64,000 bases of DNA from Flavobacteriales bacterium (GTDB lineage Bacteria > Bacteroidota > Bacteroidia > Flavobacteriales_D > Sanyastnellaceae). Within the stretch, counting starts at the first letter, position 1. Every line of letters starts with the position of its first letter. Below the pieces are notes generated by a model, which searched no databases, was not told the DNA's origin, and saw only the letters and a list, made by a program, of their open reading frames with translations. Positions 36,876 through 46,699 of this stretch are shown piece by piece. The stretch lies in NCBI GenBank assembly GCA_044374295.1, contig JBILOU010000003.1, positions 7,988-71,987 on the forward strand. Reading direction: 5' to 3'. Position numbers and translations under genes: made by a program.

Positions 36876-39092
36876 ATGGCGAAAATAGAAATTGATTTAG
36901 AAGAAGAAAATCGCGAGATACTTCGCAGATACCGCGCACTTTTACGCGTTTGTTATCGCTCGAAAACCCGTGCCGATCGTGCGCGGATAAGGAAAGCCTT
37001 CGAGCTTTCCGTAGATGCTCACAAAGACATGCGTCGCAAGAGCGGCGAGCCCTACATCTACCACCCGATAGCTGTGGCAAAAATCGCCGCAGAAGAATTG
37101 GGGCTCGATACCATGAGCATCGTCTGCGCTCTTCTTCACGATACTGTCGAAGACACTGAAATAACGCTCGACGATATTCAACGTCAGTTCGGAAAAAAAG
37201 AACGCGTTATTATCGACGGCCTGACAAAAATTTCTGGCGTTGCAGACTTGAGCTCCAGCGATCAGGCCGAGAACTTTCGCAAGATGCTTCTGACGCTGTC
37301 AGATGACGTGCGCGTGATCCTGATCAAACTTGCCGATCGTCTGCACAACATGCGCACGCTCGATCACATGCGAAGAGACAAGCAATTGAAAATTGCTAGC
37401 GAAACACTTTTCATGTATGCGCCACTCGCCCATCGACTTGGATTGTACAACATCAAAACAGAACTCGAAGATTTAAGCCTGAAGTTTACAGATCCTGCCG
37501 CATACGATGACATCATAACCAAACTTCAAAAGACACAAGCCGTTCGCACCCGATTCATTAATCAGTTCACACTGCCTATCCGCAGAGCGCTCGATGAACA
37601 AGGATTAGTGTACGAAATCAAAAGCCGAACAAAAAGCATCTTCAGCATCTACAATAAGATTCATACGAAAGGGGTTCCATTCGAAGAAATCTACGACTTG
37701 TTCGCCATTCGAATCATTCTTAAAACTCCGCAAGAACAAGAAAAAACCGATTGCTGGAGAGTATACTCTGCAGTAACCGATTTTTATGTGCCAAGCACTG
37801 AGCGCCTGCGCGATTGGATTAGTACACCGAAAAGCAGCGGCTATGAATCGCTTCACACCACAGTTATGTCGCCAACGGGTAAATGGGTGGAAGTTCAAAT
37901 TCGAAGCGAGCGCATGGATGACCTTGCCGAGAAAGGATATGCAGCGCATTGGAAATACAAAGACGCAGTTGAAAGTCCGGAAAGCAAACTCGATAAATGG
38001 CTCGGACAAATTCGTGACGTGCTAGAGGCACCAAGCGACAATGCCATTGAATTCATTGATAATTTCAAGCTTTCTCTTTTCAGCGAAGAGATTTATGTCT
38101 TCACGCCAAGTGGCGATTTGAAAACGCTTCCTGTTGGATCAACAACTTTGGACTTCGCTTTTCTCATTCACTCACAGATAGGCTACCAGTGCATTGGAGC
38201 CAAGGTTAACCACAAACTAGAACCTCTCAGCCACAAGTTAAGCAGCGGTGATCAAGTTGAAATTCTAACTTCTAAAAAGCAACGTCCGAAAGAAGATTGG
38301 TTGAACATTGTCATCACCGCTTCTGCACGTCAGAAAATAAAAACGGCATTAAAAGAAGAGAAAAAACAAATCTCTGAAGAAGGAAAGGAAATGTTGAAAC
38401 GCCGTTTCAACTCGCTAAAAATTACCTGGGGCAGCAAGAATATTGACGAGTTCGTGCGTGCCTATGGATGCGTTACCGCAGTTGACTTCTACTACAAAAT
38501 TGCTAAGGGTCGCATCGAATTGAAGAAGCTAAAACCACATACTGTGGAAGCCGACCGCATTCGATTCGATAAGAACACGCAGGAGAAGCACGAAGAAATT
38601 ACACGCATTGTTACGACAGCGCCTTCAACCGGTGACACCGTACTTATTGGAGACGACAAGCAAAAAGTAGACTTCAGCTTATCTGTTTGTTGCAGCCCGA
38701 TTCCAGGGGATGAAGTATTCGGATTTATTACTGTTTCGGAAGGGATAAAAATTCACCGAACGAATTGTCCCAATGCGCAGGAGCTGATGAGCAAGTACGC
38801 CTATCGTGTCATCAAAGCAAAATGGAGCAGCAACGATTTGGTGCAATTCGAAGTAGGATTGAAGTTCTCAGGAACCGATGATGTTGGATTGGTTCAGAAA
38901 ATAACAAACATCATTTCTACCGATATGAATGTGAACATGCGCGCCATTTCTTTCGAAGCAAGAGACGGTATATTCGAAGGAAAAATGATAGTGCTGGTGC
39001 ATGATACAGAACATTTGAATCATCTGATTAAAAACCTTCAAGATGTAGATGGCGTGCTAACGGTAGACCGCATTGAAAGTGAATTTGCTTAA
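36876..39092 (+). CDS. relA: Bifunctional (p)ppGpp synthetase/hydrolase (long RSH)
   Basis: HD hydrolase domain (GEPYI.HP..VA......LD......ALLHDTVEDT), the RelA_SpoT synthetase region (YESLHTTV), a TGS domain (VFTPSGD...LP.GST.LDFAF.IHS) and a C-terminal ACT domain. Confidence 0.9.
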   Translation: MAKIEIDLEEENREILRRYRALLRVCYRSKTRADRARIRKAFELSVDAHKDMRRKSGEPYIYHPIAVAKIAAEELGLDTMSIVCALLHDTVEDTEITLDDIQRQFGKKERVIIDGLTKISGVADLSSSDQAENFRKMLLTLSDDVRVILIKLADRLHNMRTLDHMRRDKQLKIASETLFMYAPLAHRLGLYNIKTELEDLSLKFTDPAAYDDIITKLQKTQAVRTRFINQFTLPIRRALDEQGLVYEIKSRTKSIFSIYNKIHTKGVPFEEIYDLFAIRIILKTPQEQEKTDCWRVYSAVTDFYVPSTERLRDWISTPKSSGYESLHTTVMSPTGKWVEVQIRSERMDDLAEKGYAAHWKYKDAVESPESKLDKWLGQIRDVLEAPSDNAIEFIDNFKLSLFSEEIYVFTPSGDLKTLPVGSTTLDFAFLIHSQIGYQCIGAKVNHKLEPLSHKLSSGDQVEILTSKKQRPKEDWLNIVITASARQKIKTALKEEKKQISEEGKEMLKRRFNSLKITWGSKNIDEFVRAYGCVTAVDFYYKIAKGRIELKKLKPHTVEADRIRFDKNTQEKHEEITRIVTTAPSTGDTVLIGDDKQKVDFSLSVCCSPIPGDEVFGFITVSEGIKIHRTNCPNAQELMSKYAYRVIKAKWSSNDLVQFEVGLKFSGTDDVGLVQKITNIISTDMNVNMRAISFEARDGIFEGKMIVLVHDTEHLNHLIKNLQDVDGVLTVDRIESEFA

Positions 39093-39109
39093 AGCATCTT
39101 CATCTTTCG

Positions 39110-39117
39110 TATTTTTG
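39110..39117 (+). promoter_or_regulatory. -7 promoter box (TATTTTTG) 4 nt upstream of the GGGPS-family gene ATG
   Basis: Exact TAnnTTTG match followed by AAAC-ATG. Confidence 0.4.
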
Positions 39118-39121
39118 AAAC

Positions 39122-39856
39122 ATGACCTCTGCCGGAAAAATAGAATTGCTGCTTCATTCCAAGAAGAAACAATTGGCGGTTCTTATTGATCCAGATAAGT
39201 GGAACAGTGAAAACGCGCAACAGCAAGGAGCTTTATACAAGGCTGCTGGCGTAGATTTTATTCTGGTAGGTGGAAGTTTAAATGCAGCTTCAGATTTCAA
39301 TGAACGAGTGGAACGCTTGCGAGCAACTTGTCCTTTGCCATTGGTGCTCTTTCCGGGTCATCCACTGCAACTTACCAAACACGTAGACGCAACACTTTTT
39401 CTTTCTTTGATATCTGGAAGAAATGCTGAATTCCTTATTGGACATCAAGTTGTTTCGGCACCTTATTTACATGAATGGAAACAGGAAGTCATTCCAACCG
39501 GATACATGTTGGTTAATGGCGGAAATACAACAACAGCGATATACATTAGTCAGACCGTTCCTCTTCCTAACGACAAACCTGAAGTAGCCGCTGCGACAGC
39601 GCTTGCAGGAAAATATTTAGGACTTCGTTGTTTCTATTTAGACACCGGAAGTGGGGCAGATTTTCCAGTTTCTCAAGAACTGATTTACGCTGTAAAAAAG
39701 ACTACACAACTTCCTGTAATTGTTGGTGGAGGAATAGTTAATGAACAACAGGCGCATGCTGCTTGGCAAGCAGGTGCCGACGTTGTGGTTATGGGAACCG
39801 CAGTAGAGCAGAATCCTGAAATACTTTTCGAAATACAAAAATTGAACGCCTTATGA
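39122..39856 (+). CDS. Geranylgeranylglyceryl / heptaprenylglyceryl phosphate synthase family protein (PcrB/GGGPS)
   Basis: TIM-barrel family pattern: LIDPDK........GVDFILVGGS, FLSLISGRN, YLD.GSGA and PVIVGGGI......A......GADVVV.G. Confidence 0.75.
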   Translation: MTSAGKIELLLHSKKKQLAVLIDPDKWNSENAQQQGALYKAAGVDFILVGGSLNAASDFNERVERLRATCPLPLVLFPGHPLQLTKHVDATLFLSLISGRNAEFLIGHQVVSAPYLHEWKQEVIPTGYMLVNGGNTTTAIYISQTVPLPNDKPEVAAATALAGKYLGLRCFYLDTGSGADFPVSQELIYAVKKTTQLPVIVGGGIVNEQQAHAAWQAGADVVVMGTAVEQNPEILFEIQKLNAL

Positions 39857-40380
39857 TTCGTAGACCTTTCAACCTAAAAAAATGGATCGAAGAAAACAGA
39901 AGTTTACTTCAACCCCCAGTAGGAAATAAAAATCTTTATGTTGAATCAGAGGACTACGTAATTATGATTGTTGGTGGTCCAAACGCTCGGAAAGATTATC
40001 ACTACAACGAGACCGAAGAATGGTTCTTCCAAGTTGAAGGCAGCGTTATGATTGGTGTGCAAGAAGATGGAAAGGCCGTTGATATTGAAGTGAAAGAAGG
40101 AGAAATGTTCTTACTTCCACCAAGAACACCCCACCAGCCGCGCAGAGGTGAAGGAACTGTTGGAATTGTTATCGAAGTGAAACGTGCAGAGCGCGAGTTA
40201 AAAGACGGACTATTGTGGTTCTGCGAAAAATGCAATCACCCACTTCATGAAACGTATTTCGTTTTGGAAAACATTGAAAAAGATTTCTTACCTCGCTTCA
40301 GAGAATTTTACGGAAGTGAAGAAATGAGAACGTGCAAGTCTTGCGGACACGTGATGGAAACGGATCCTAAATTCGTTTAA
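39853..40380 (+). CDS. nbaC: 3-hydroxyanthranilate 3,4-dioxygenase
   Basis: Cupin motifs (DYHYNETEEWFFQ.EG; GEMFLLP...PH.P.R) plus a C-terminal rubredoxin-like CxxC...CxxC (CEKC...CKSC). ATGA overlap with the upstream gene. Confidence 0.85.
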   Translation: MIRRPFNLKKWIEENRSLLQPPVGNKNLYVESEDYVIMIVGGPNARKDYHYNETEEWFFQVEGSVMIGVQEDGKAVDIEVKEGEMFLLPPRTPHQPRRGEGTVGIVIEVKRAERELKDGLLWFCEKCNHPLHETYFVLENIEKDFLPRFREFYGSEEMRTCKSCGHVMETDPKFV

Positions 40381-40383
40381 GTC

Positions 40384-41799
40384 TTAACGTCTTTTCAGCC
40401 AAAGCTCTGGATTCTGCGGCACCCATCCGGCTTCTGAAACTTTTCCCAATTCAAAATGAAGGACGTAACCTTCACCGTTATGAGCTACGGTTCCTATCTT
40501 GTCTTTGGTGTTGACTTTCGTTCCCACTGAAACATAGACGTTTTGCAATCCGCTGTACACCGTTTTGTACGCGCCGTGTGTGACAATCACGTTCATTCCA
40601 GCACCTTGAATATTGAAGACACTGGTTACTGTTCCGTTGAACACCGTGAATATTTCTGCATTTGCTGAAGTAATGAAATCCACGCCTTTGTTGTTCACCT
40701 CAATACCCGCAATGCTTTCATGCGCATGCCTACCGAACTTAGATCCGACAGCTCCTGACGCAACAGGCCAAGGCAAACTTCCTTTATTCTGTTCGAATAC
40801 TGTATTTGCGAGAACAACCTCCGGTGCACTTTCCATTTTCGGAGTTGCATTTACGACTGGTTTCGGCGGTGTAACCACCGCGACAGGTGTATTGGTCTTA
40901 ACAGGTGCTGTTGTTCCCGAGGCGTTGGCAGATGCATTGTTCGAAGCCGTTGCATTCGCTGCAGCTCTTCGTTGATCTTCCTTCCTCTTCTCTTCCGCAA
41001 GCCTCGCTTTCTCTGCTTCCTGCTTGCGAATACGTTCGTTCTCTGCAGCGATTTCCTGACGAACAATTTCTTCAATCTTATTGGTTAACTGCCTTCTCTC
41101 AACTTCCTTTTGACGCTGAATTTCACGTAATTTCCCTTCTTCCGATTTAAGGAATTCCAACTTCTTCTGTTGTTCTAATTTGTTCAACGCAATCTCGTTT
41201 CGTTCACTTTGTTCATCGCTCGAAAGGGCCAACTTGGTCTGTTTGTTTCCTTCCAACATAGAAATATTTTCGGCTATCTCTAACTGAGCATCTTTCATTT
41301 GTTGAGCATGAAATTTCCTGTTCTCAGCGTATTGCTTCAAAAGCTGAACACGCTTTACCGCCTGGAAGAAATCTGATGAAGAAAGAATGAATGCTATTTT
41401 CGAATAGGATGAACGCTGCTTGTAGCTGTTGTAAATCATCTTCGCGTATTCAGCTTTTAAATCTTGAATGCTCGCTTCAAGATCAACCACGCGACCCTCA
41501 CCATTCTTAATTTCACCATCAATGGTTCCTACTTCTGAATTGATGGATTGGATTAATTCTTCACGCAAACGAATTTGCTCATTCAACAACGAGAGTTCTG
41601 CTGAAGCGCTGCGCTGATCAGCCTGATATTCCTTGATGAGTTGCTTCGTTCTAGCTATTTCATTATTCAATTCGCTTCTACGAGAAGTAAGCTCTGCTTT
41701 CTTGGTTTGAGCAAATACCCATTGAAAGGTCATTCCTGAACAAACAAGAATAAGCACAAGAAGCGCGTAAGAAACATGTGATTTATTCAGCCCTTTCAT
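40384..41799 (-). CDS. EnvC-like murein hydrolase activator (coiled coil plus degenerate LytM/M23 domain)
   Basis: Signal/anchor sequence, about 250 aa of coiled coil, a low-complexity A/N/T/P linker, then an M23 fold in which HxxxD reads NNKGVD and HxH reads VLH. Confidence 0.7.
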   Translation of the reverse strand: MKGLNKSHVSYALLVLILVCSGMTFQWVFAQTKKAELTSRRSELNNEIARTKQLIKEYQADQRSASAELSLLNEQIRLREELIQSINSEVGTIDGEIKNGEGRVVDLEASIQDLKAEYAKMIYNSYKQRSSYSKIAFILSSSDFFQAVKRVQLLKQYAENRKFHAQQMKDAQLEIAENISMLEGNKQTKLALSSDEQSERNEIALNKLEQQKKLEFLKSEEGKLREIQRQKEVERRQLTNKIEEIVRQEIAAENERIRKQEAEKARLAEEKRKEDQRRAAANATASNNASANASGTTAPVKTNTPVAVVTPPKPVVNATPKMESAPEVVLANTVFEQNKGSLPWPVASGAVGSKFGRHAHESIAGIEVNNKGVDFITSANAEIFTVFNGTVTSVFNIQGAGMNVIVTHGAYKTVYSGLQNVYVSVGTKVNTKDKIGTVAHNGEGYVLHFELGKVSEAGWVPQNPELWLKRR

Positions 41800-41801
41800 T
41801 C

Positions 41802-42671
41802 CTATTTCCTTTTGATTGGATAGTCCTTATCGTAGTCGAACGAAAAATCGTAATGATTCTGTGTGTTCAATCGAACAATTTTAAAATCGAGTACTGTCTT
41901 TCCTTTTACATCATCGATTTGAATGTTGCATTTATGAGGGTAATGCGAAGGATCTTCTTCATCGAATTCAGAATAGTTAATCTGCACCATTCTCTTCGTG
42001 CGTATATCGGTCAACTCACATTTCACCACTTTATACAAATCCGATTCAATCCAGAATTTGGATGAAATCCAATCGTTATCTTCCAACCTCTTGGGAACTC
42101 TTCTCCCATCGCGATTTGTCAATGAATCTTGATCCTCAGATGCTCTTCGGACCCGTCGAGACAAACGAGATACGAGCGTGTAATATTCAACGTCGAGCTT
42201 CTCAATTCCACTTTTCATGCGTCCTTCCTCGCGACTTAAGCCAATTGGATTTCCGATTAATAAATCTTGAAGCGTAGATAGATCCAAGTCAATCTTGGCT
42301 AGTTCTGTCAACTGATTCACAGAGCCCAAGAAAACATACTTATCTCCAGGAATGTCAGAAACCATTTTCAAACTATCCTTATCAACCAAAAGTCGCAACA
42401 CCTCAATACCCAATGCCGGACTCACGCTTACAGATACTGCGCTGTCCTTACGCATGCGAACAGTGGCCTTGAATCCTTGCTGCTCTTCTCCGCTTGTAAA
42501 CTCAGCGTCGAGCTTCATTCCCAACCAATCAAATTCGAATTTATTCTTCTCGATATTTCTAGTCAAAAAAGCTTGCGTTCTTTCCTTCAGCGGTTCTTGT
42601 GTAACAACAACCTCTTTGCTTTTGCAGGCGAAGAGAAATGGGATAAGGAGTATGATGAGATACTTATTCAA
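41802..42671 (-). CDS. DUF4292-like lipoprotein
   Basis: Lipobox LFAC. About 290 aa, placed between a TPR lipoprotein and an EnvC-like gene, an arrangement I recall as typical of Bacteroidota. Family call from memory. Confidence 0.5.
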   Translation of the reverse strand: MNKYLIILLIPFLFACKSKEVVVTQEPLKERTQAFLTRNIEKNKFEFDWLGMKLDAEFTSGEEQQGFKATVRMRKDSAVSVSVSPALGIEVLRLLVDKDSLKMVSDIPGDKYVFLGSVNQLTELAKIDLDLSTLQDLLIGNPIGLSREEGRMKSGIEKLDVEYYTLVSRLSRRVRRASEDQDSLTNRDGRRVPKRLEDNDWISSKFWIESDLYKVVKCELTDIRTKRMVQINYSEFDEEDPSHYPHKCNIQIDDVKGKTVLDFKIVRLNTQNHYDFSFDYDKDYPIKRK

Positions 42672-44361
42672 TGAATTTCTTTTGGTTAATTTTTTCTTTC
42701 AATTTCGAATGAGCTGGATTCAAAGTCAAGGCTTTGTTCCAGCATTCTAGCGCTTTCGCTTCGTTGCCTAACATGAAATAGGTATCGCCCAAATGTTCCC
42801 AAATCTCTTGATCTGTTTTCAGTATTCCTGCAGCAATTTCGAATTGCACCAACGCATTCTGATATTGTTTCTTTTGAAACAATACAAAACCAAATGTGTC
42901 TAAATAAATAGCGTTATTGGGTTGCATAGAAACGGCATATTGAATAATACCCAAGGCCTTATCCAACTGCACTTTTTTCAAAGCGAGATAATACGCGTAA
43001 TTGTTAAGCCCTGTAGCATTATCTGGATTTTGAATCAACGCCTGTTCAAACGACTTCTGGCATTCTGTCCAATTGTCTGTCTTGAAGTAAACACTTCCCA
43101 ACGAAGAATAAAACTGAGAAAGAAGTTCTGGATTCTCAATTACCAAATCTCTTCCCGTCAAGAGCAATTCCAAAGACTTCGTGTAATCTTGTAATTTGAG
43201 ATAACCCAAACCACCATAGTAATACACTTCAGCATCGGTAGGATAAAGCTCCAATGCTTCATTTGCATATTTCACTAATTCATTCCACTTACGCTGTGCC
43301 TTTTGGTTCTCTAGTAAGAACTGCCACACCAACAAATCACTTTTGCTTAAGTCAATGGCCAGCTTTAACATTTCTTCTTGACGAACAAAATTATTTTGAT
43401 GATTCGCAACAAAAGACAATTGAACCAAGCACTGATATTCCGATTTAAACTGATTGAACGTAAGGTCGAAAATTTCCCAAAGAGGCTTTAAGAATTTTTC
43501 GTCCTGCGCTGCACGTTCTTCATACTTTTTTAGAATATCCACTGCATCGTACCAGGCCAAATCTCCTGATTTGATTGATTTTTTCAGAACCTCATAGCTC
43601 TTTGCATCCTGACCCGAATTGGCCAACTCACCACTTTCTTCTAGAAGTAATTTTCCATTGTTAGGAATAACTTCCTTCATGTGCTTCAGCCATTTTGAAG
43701 CTTCGTCACTCATCTTATTCTCACGATAAAAATCTAGCAAATAGAAATAATACGCATCTTCTACTTTGTTCTTACTCTCGAAATCTTCTAAGACCTTTCC
43801 CGCTTCTTTCAACTTGCCTTGCGCACTTAAAAGATCAAAACGCTTGCGGGCCACATCCTCGTCCTCCCCTTGAATAGCCGCGATTTGAGCGAGCACACTA
43901 GCAGCTTGATTCATATCGTAGTTGCCAATAACATTGAGATACTCATTCAAAACCGGCACCGGATTCGAGCTGTATTTCACGGCTAAATCGAAATGCTTGA
44001 TTCCTTCTTTGATGTCACCTGAATAAATTTCATAGTATCCTAAATCCTTCAAATACCAAGAATTCGTAGGTTCCATCTCCACTGCGCGTTCGATGTGCTC
44101 TTTTCCCATTTTTTCAAACTTGGGAAGCTGTGAACACAATTTTGAAATTTCATAATGCGCAGCACTCACCTCTTCGTATTTCAATGCGGTGTTGAAGTAG
44201 TTGATTGCAATCTCAAAATTGCCTCCCATCTTCGCTTTTTCCCCTTGATAAAAATACTGCTGAAACTTCGCGTGATTTTCGTCTGTAACTGTAGTCGGTT
44301 TTGTTTTACCGCATGAAGCGAGAACAACCAAAGAGAAAAAAAGAAGAATTTTGTTAGTCAT
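42664..44361 (-). CDS. Tetratricopeptide repeat lipoprotein
   Basis: Lipobox VLASC, followed by repeated TPR-like A..YF..AL...P.....Y..LG units throughout. The start at 44361 overlaps the upstream stop (ATGACTAA). Confidence 0.7.
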   Translation of the reverse strand: MTNKILLFFSLVVLASCGKTKPTTVTDENHAKFQQYFYQGEKAKMGGNFEIAINYFNTALKYEEVSAAHYEISKLCSQLPKFEKMGKEHIERAVEMEPTNSWYLKDLGYYEIYSGDIKEGIKHFDLAVKYSSNPVPVLNEYLNVIGNYDMNQAASVLAQIAAIQGEDEDVARKRFDLLSAQGKLKEAGKVLEDFESKNKVEDAYYFYLLDFYRENKMSDEASKWLKHMKEVIPNNGKLLLEESGELANSGQDAKSYEVLKKSIKSGDLAWYDAVDILKKYEERAAQDEKFLKPLWEIFDLTFNQFKSEYQCLVQLSFVANHQNNFVRQEEMLKLAIDLSKSDLLVWQFLLENQKAQRKWNELVKYANEALELYPTDAEVYYYGGLGYLKLQDYTKSLELLLTGRDLVIENPELLSQFYSSLGSVYFKTDNWTECQKSFEQALIQNPDNATGLNNYAYYLALKKVQLDKALGIIQYAVSMQPNNAIYLDTFGFVLFQKKQYQNALVQFEIAAGILKTDQEIWEHLGDTYFMLGNEAKALECWNKALTLNPAHSKLKEKINQKKFIE

Positions 44362-45355
44362 TGTTTTGAATGGAATTGTAAGAACCCAAATCAAGCACTC
44401 CCTTCACTCCTTTGACTTGACAATACTCATCGACCAATGAATTTTTAAGCTGACAGTTCTCCACTTTTGAATTGGATTCAATAGACGTGTTTTCAAGAGT
44501 TGAATTCGCAATGGAAACATTGCTCGCAATGCTAACGTTAGGACCAACCGTTGAATTGTTAAGGACTACATTATTCCCGAAGTAACAAGGTTCAATAATT
44601 TTCGAATCACCTTCCAACTTCACGTTGTGATTTTGAGGAAGTCTTGAAACTACAGAAGCCATCGTTTCCACTACTGCAGCCTTATTTCCGCAATCCATCC
44701 ACTCGTTCACTTCACCCGGAACAAACTTAGCTCCTTGCTTCATCATGTTGCGCATGGCGTCTGGCAATTGGTATTCGCCTCCGTTCATGATGTTGTTGTC
44801 TAGCAAATATCTAAGTTCACGTTTCAACCATTCGCCGTCTTTGAAATAATAAATTCCAATCATAGCTAAATCTGAAACGAACTCTTGTGGTTTTTCTTGG
44901 AAGGAAACAATGGTGCCTTCAGCATTCAATTCAACCACACCAAACTGGCGAGGGTCTTCAATTTTCTTCACCCACAAAACGCCGTCTGCGTTTGGATCTA
45001 ATTTGAAGTCGGCACGAAAAAGTGTATCTGCGAAAGCCACAGTAACGGGACCTTGCAGCGCAGACTCTGCGCAGAGAATCGCGTGTGCTGTTCCCAATGC
45101 TTCGTCTTGGTAATGTATGGTTCCTTTAGCGCCTAGCTGTTCTGCTAACGCAATAAGATTATTCTCAACTTCCTTTCCGAATCGACCGATAATGAAAGCA
45201 ATCTCTTCAACTTTTTCGGTTTGAATAGAAACAATATCCTCTACCAATCGCTGAACAATAGGCTTCTCTGCAATGCGCACGAGGGGTTTCGGGGTTACGA
45301 GGGTATGCGGGCGCAAGCGCTTTCCCATACCTGCCATTGGAATAACTATTCTCAT
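44354..45355 (-). CDS. Sugar-phosphate nucleotidyltransferase with a C-terminal left-handed beta-helix
   Basis: MRIVIPMAGMGKRLRPHT...PKPL motif (G-x-G-x-R-L), with a hexapeptide-repeat-like C-terminus (NVSIASNVSIANSTLENTSIESNSKVENC). Confidence 0.7.
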   Translation of the reverse strand: MRIVIPMAGMGKRLRPHTLVTPKPLVRIAEKPIVQRLVEDIVSIQTEKVEEIAFIIGRFGKEVENNLIALAEQLGAKGTIHYQDEALGTAHAILCAESALQGPVTVAFADTLFRADFKLDPNADGVLWVKKIEDPRQFGVVELNAEGTIVSFQEKPQEFVSDLAMIGIYYFKDGEWLKRELRYLLDNNIMNGGEYQLPDAMRNMMKQGAKFVPGEVNEWMDCGNKAAVVETMASVVSRLPQNHNVKLEGDSKIIEPCYFGNNVVLNNSTVGPNVSIASNVSIANSTLENTSIESNSKVENCQLKNSLVDEYCQVKGVKGVLDLGSYNSIQNND

Positions 45356-45371
45356 TTCTGCTTAATTTTTT

Positions 45372-45413
45372 TCTTACAAAAGAAAGCAAAAAGGCCGAAG
45401 TCTTTTCGGCCTT
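45372..45413 (-). terminator. Rho-independent terminator downstream of dut
   Basis: AAGGCCGAA (45391-45399) pairs with TTCGGCCTT (45405-45413). On the minus strand the hairpin is followed by TTTTTGCTTTCTTTTG. Confidence 0.7.
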
Positions 45414-45447
45414 CCAATGAAGTAATGAACATTTGAAATTGAATGAA

Positions 45448-45882
45448 TTATTTCACGCCTGTGCTGCCGAATCCGCCTGCACCTCTTTCACTTTCCGAAA
45501 GCGAATCTTGCTCTACCCATTCTACTTGTTCGTGCTTGGCTACAACCATTTGCGCAATGCGCTCGCCAGGCTCAATAGAGAAAGGTTCATTCGACAAATT
45601 GACCAATAAAACTTTGATTTCTCCGCGGTAATCGGCATCAATTGTTCCAGGCGTATTCAACACCGTAATTCCGTTCTTGAATGCAAGGCCACTTCGCGGA
45701 CGAATTTGCGCTTCAACACCAACAGGCAATTCCATGAACAATCCGGTTGGAACCAAAACTCTTTCGAGTGATTTCAATTCAATGAATTCTTCAATATTTG
45801 CGCGAAGATCTAATCCCGCTGCATGCGCCGTAGCGTAGGCTGGAGCTGGATACTTCGATTTATTTATTAAGGCAACTTTCAT
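45448..45882 (-). CDS. dut: dUTP diphosphatase
   Basis: [25 protein letters not shown] and GGFGSTG motifs. I place the start at MKVALINK (45882), which overlaps the upstream stop as TAATG. Confidence 0.9.
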   Translation of the reverse strand: MKVALINKSKYPAPAYATAHAAGLDLRANIEEFIELKSLERVLVPTGLFMELPVGVEAQIRPRSGLAFKNGITVLNTPGTIDADYRGEIKVLLVNLSNEPFSIEPGERIAQMVVAKHEQVEWVEQDSLSESERGAGGFGSTGVK

Positions 45883-46664
45883 TATTTTCCTGTGAAAGTT
45901 GGTTTGCGTTTTTCCATGAAAGCAGTTGTTCCTTCTTTGAAATCTTCGGTTCCGAAACACTTTCCGAACTCTTCCGCTTCGGCTTTCAATCCGACTGCTT
46001 CGCTATCAAATCCGGCTTGCACTGCGCGTAAAGCACTTGAGATGGCCGATGGTGAAAGCTTTTCAATCTTATTAGCCAAATCTGTCGTGAACTGCATCAA
46101 TGCTTCCAATTCCACAACGTGATTCACCAATCCCCATTGCAAAGCGTCTGCTGCTGATAGTCTTCCTGCGGTAACGATTAACTCGGTTGCTTTTCCTCTT
46201 CCAACCAATCGTGGCAAACGCTGTGTTCCGCCGTATCCGGGAATGACACCCAAAGAAACTTCAGGCAATCCCATGACTGCATTCGAAGAGGCCACACGCA
46301 TGTGACAGCTCATGGCCAATTCTAAACCACCTCCGAATGCATATCCGTTTACGGCAGCAATTACGGGAGTGTTCAAACGCTCTACGAAATTGAATAATTG
46401 TTCATGTCCCAACAACGAAAGTTCCTTTCCTTGTTCAACAGAAAAACTTGCGAATTCCTTAATGTCTGCACCCGCTACGAAAGCTTTCTCTCCTGCGCCA
46501 GTTAACACAATTGCGCGAACGTTTTCATCTGCTTCAGCATCTGCAAAAGCGGTATGAAGTTCTTCAATGGTTGCCTTATTCAAAGCATTCATTTGATCGG
46601 GTCTGTTAATGGTAATGATGCGCGTTGCACCAATGTTTTCAAGAAGTAAAAATTGAAATGACAT
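45882..46664 (-). CDS. Enoyl-CoA hydratase/isomerase (crotonase) family protein
   Basis: [38 protein letters not shown] and G..E..LG..PG.GGTQRL. I place the start at MSFQFLL (46664). Confidence 0.85.
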   Translation of the reverse strand: MSFQFLLLENIGATRIITINRPDQMNALNKATIEELHTAFADAEADENVRAIVLTGAGEKAFVAGADIKEFASFSVEQGKELSLLGHEQLFNFVERLNTPVIAAVNGYAFGGGLELAMSCHMRVASSNAVMGLPEVSLGVIPGYGGTQRLPRLVGRGKATELIVTAGRLSAADALQWGLVNHVVELEALMQFTTDLANKIEKLSPSAISSALRAVQAGFDSEAVGLKAEAEEFGKCFGTEDFKEGTTAFMEKRKPTFTGK

Positions 46665-46699
46665 GGTAAATTGTTTCCGCGAATTTATTCCAAAAGCCA

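Noticed and set aside
40613-40975. 120-aa plus-strand ORF (with 40851..41150 ORFs) inside the EnvC-like gene.
   Set aside because: It is antisense or alternative-frame reading of the low-complexity A/N/T/P linker and coiled coil. Such open frames are expected from the biased composition, and it has no independent support.
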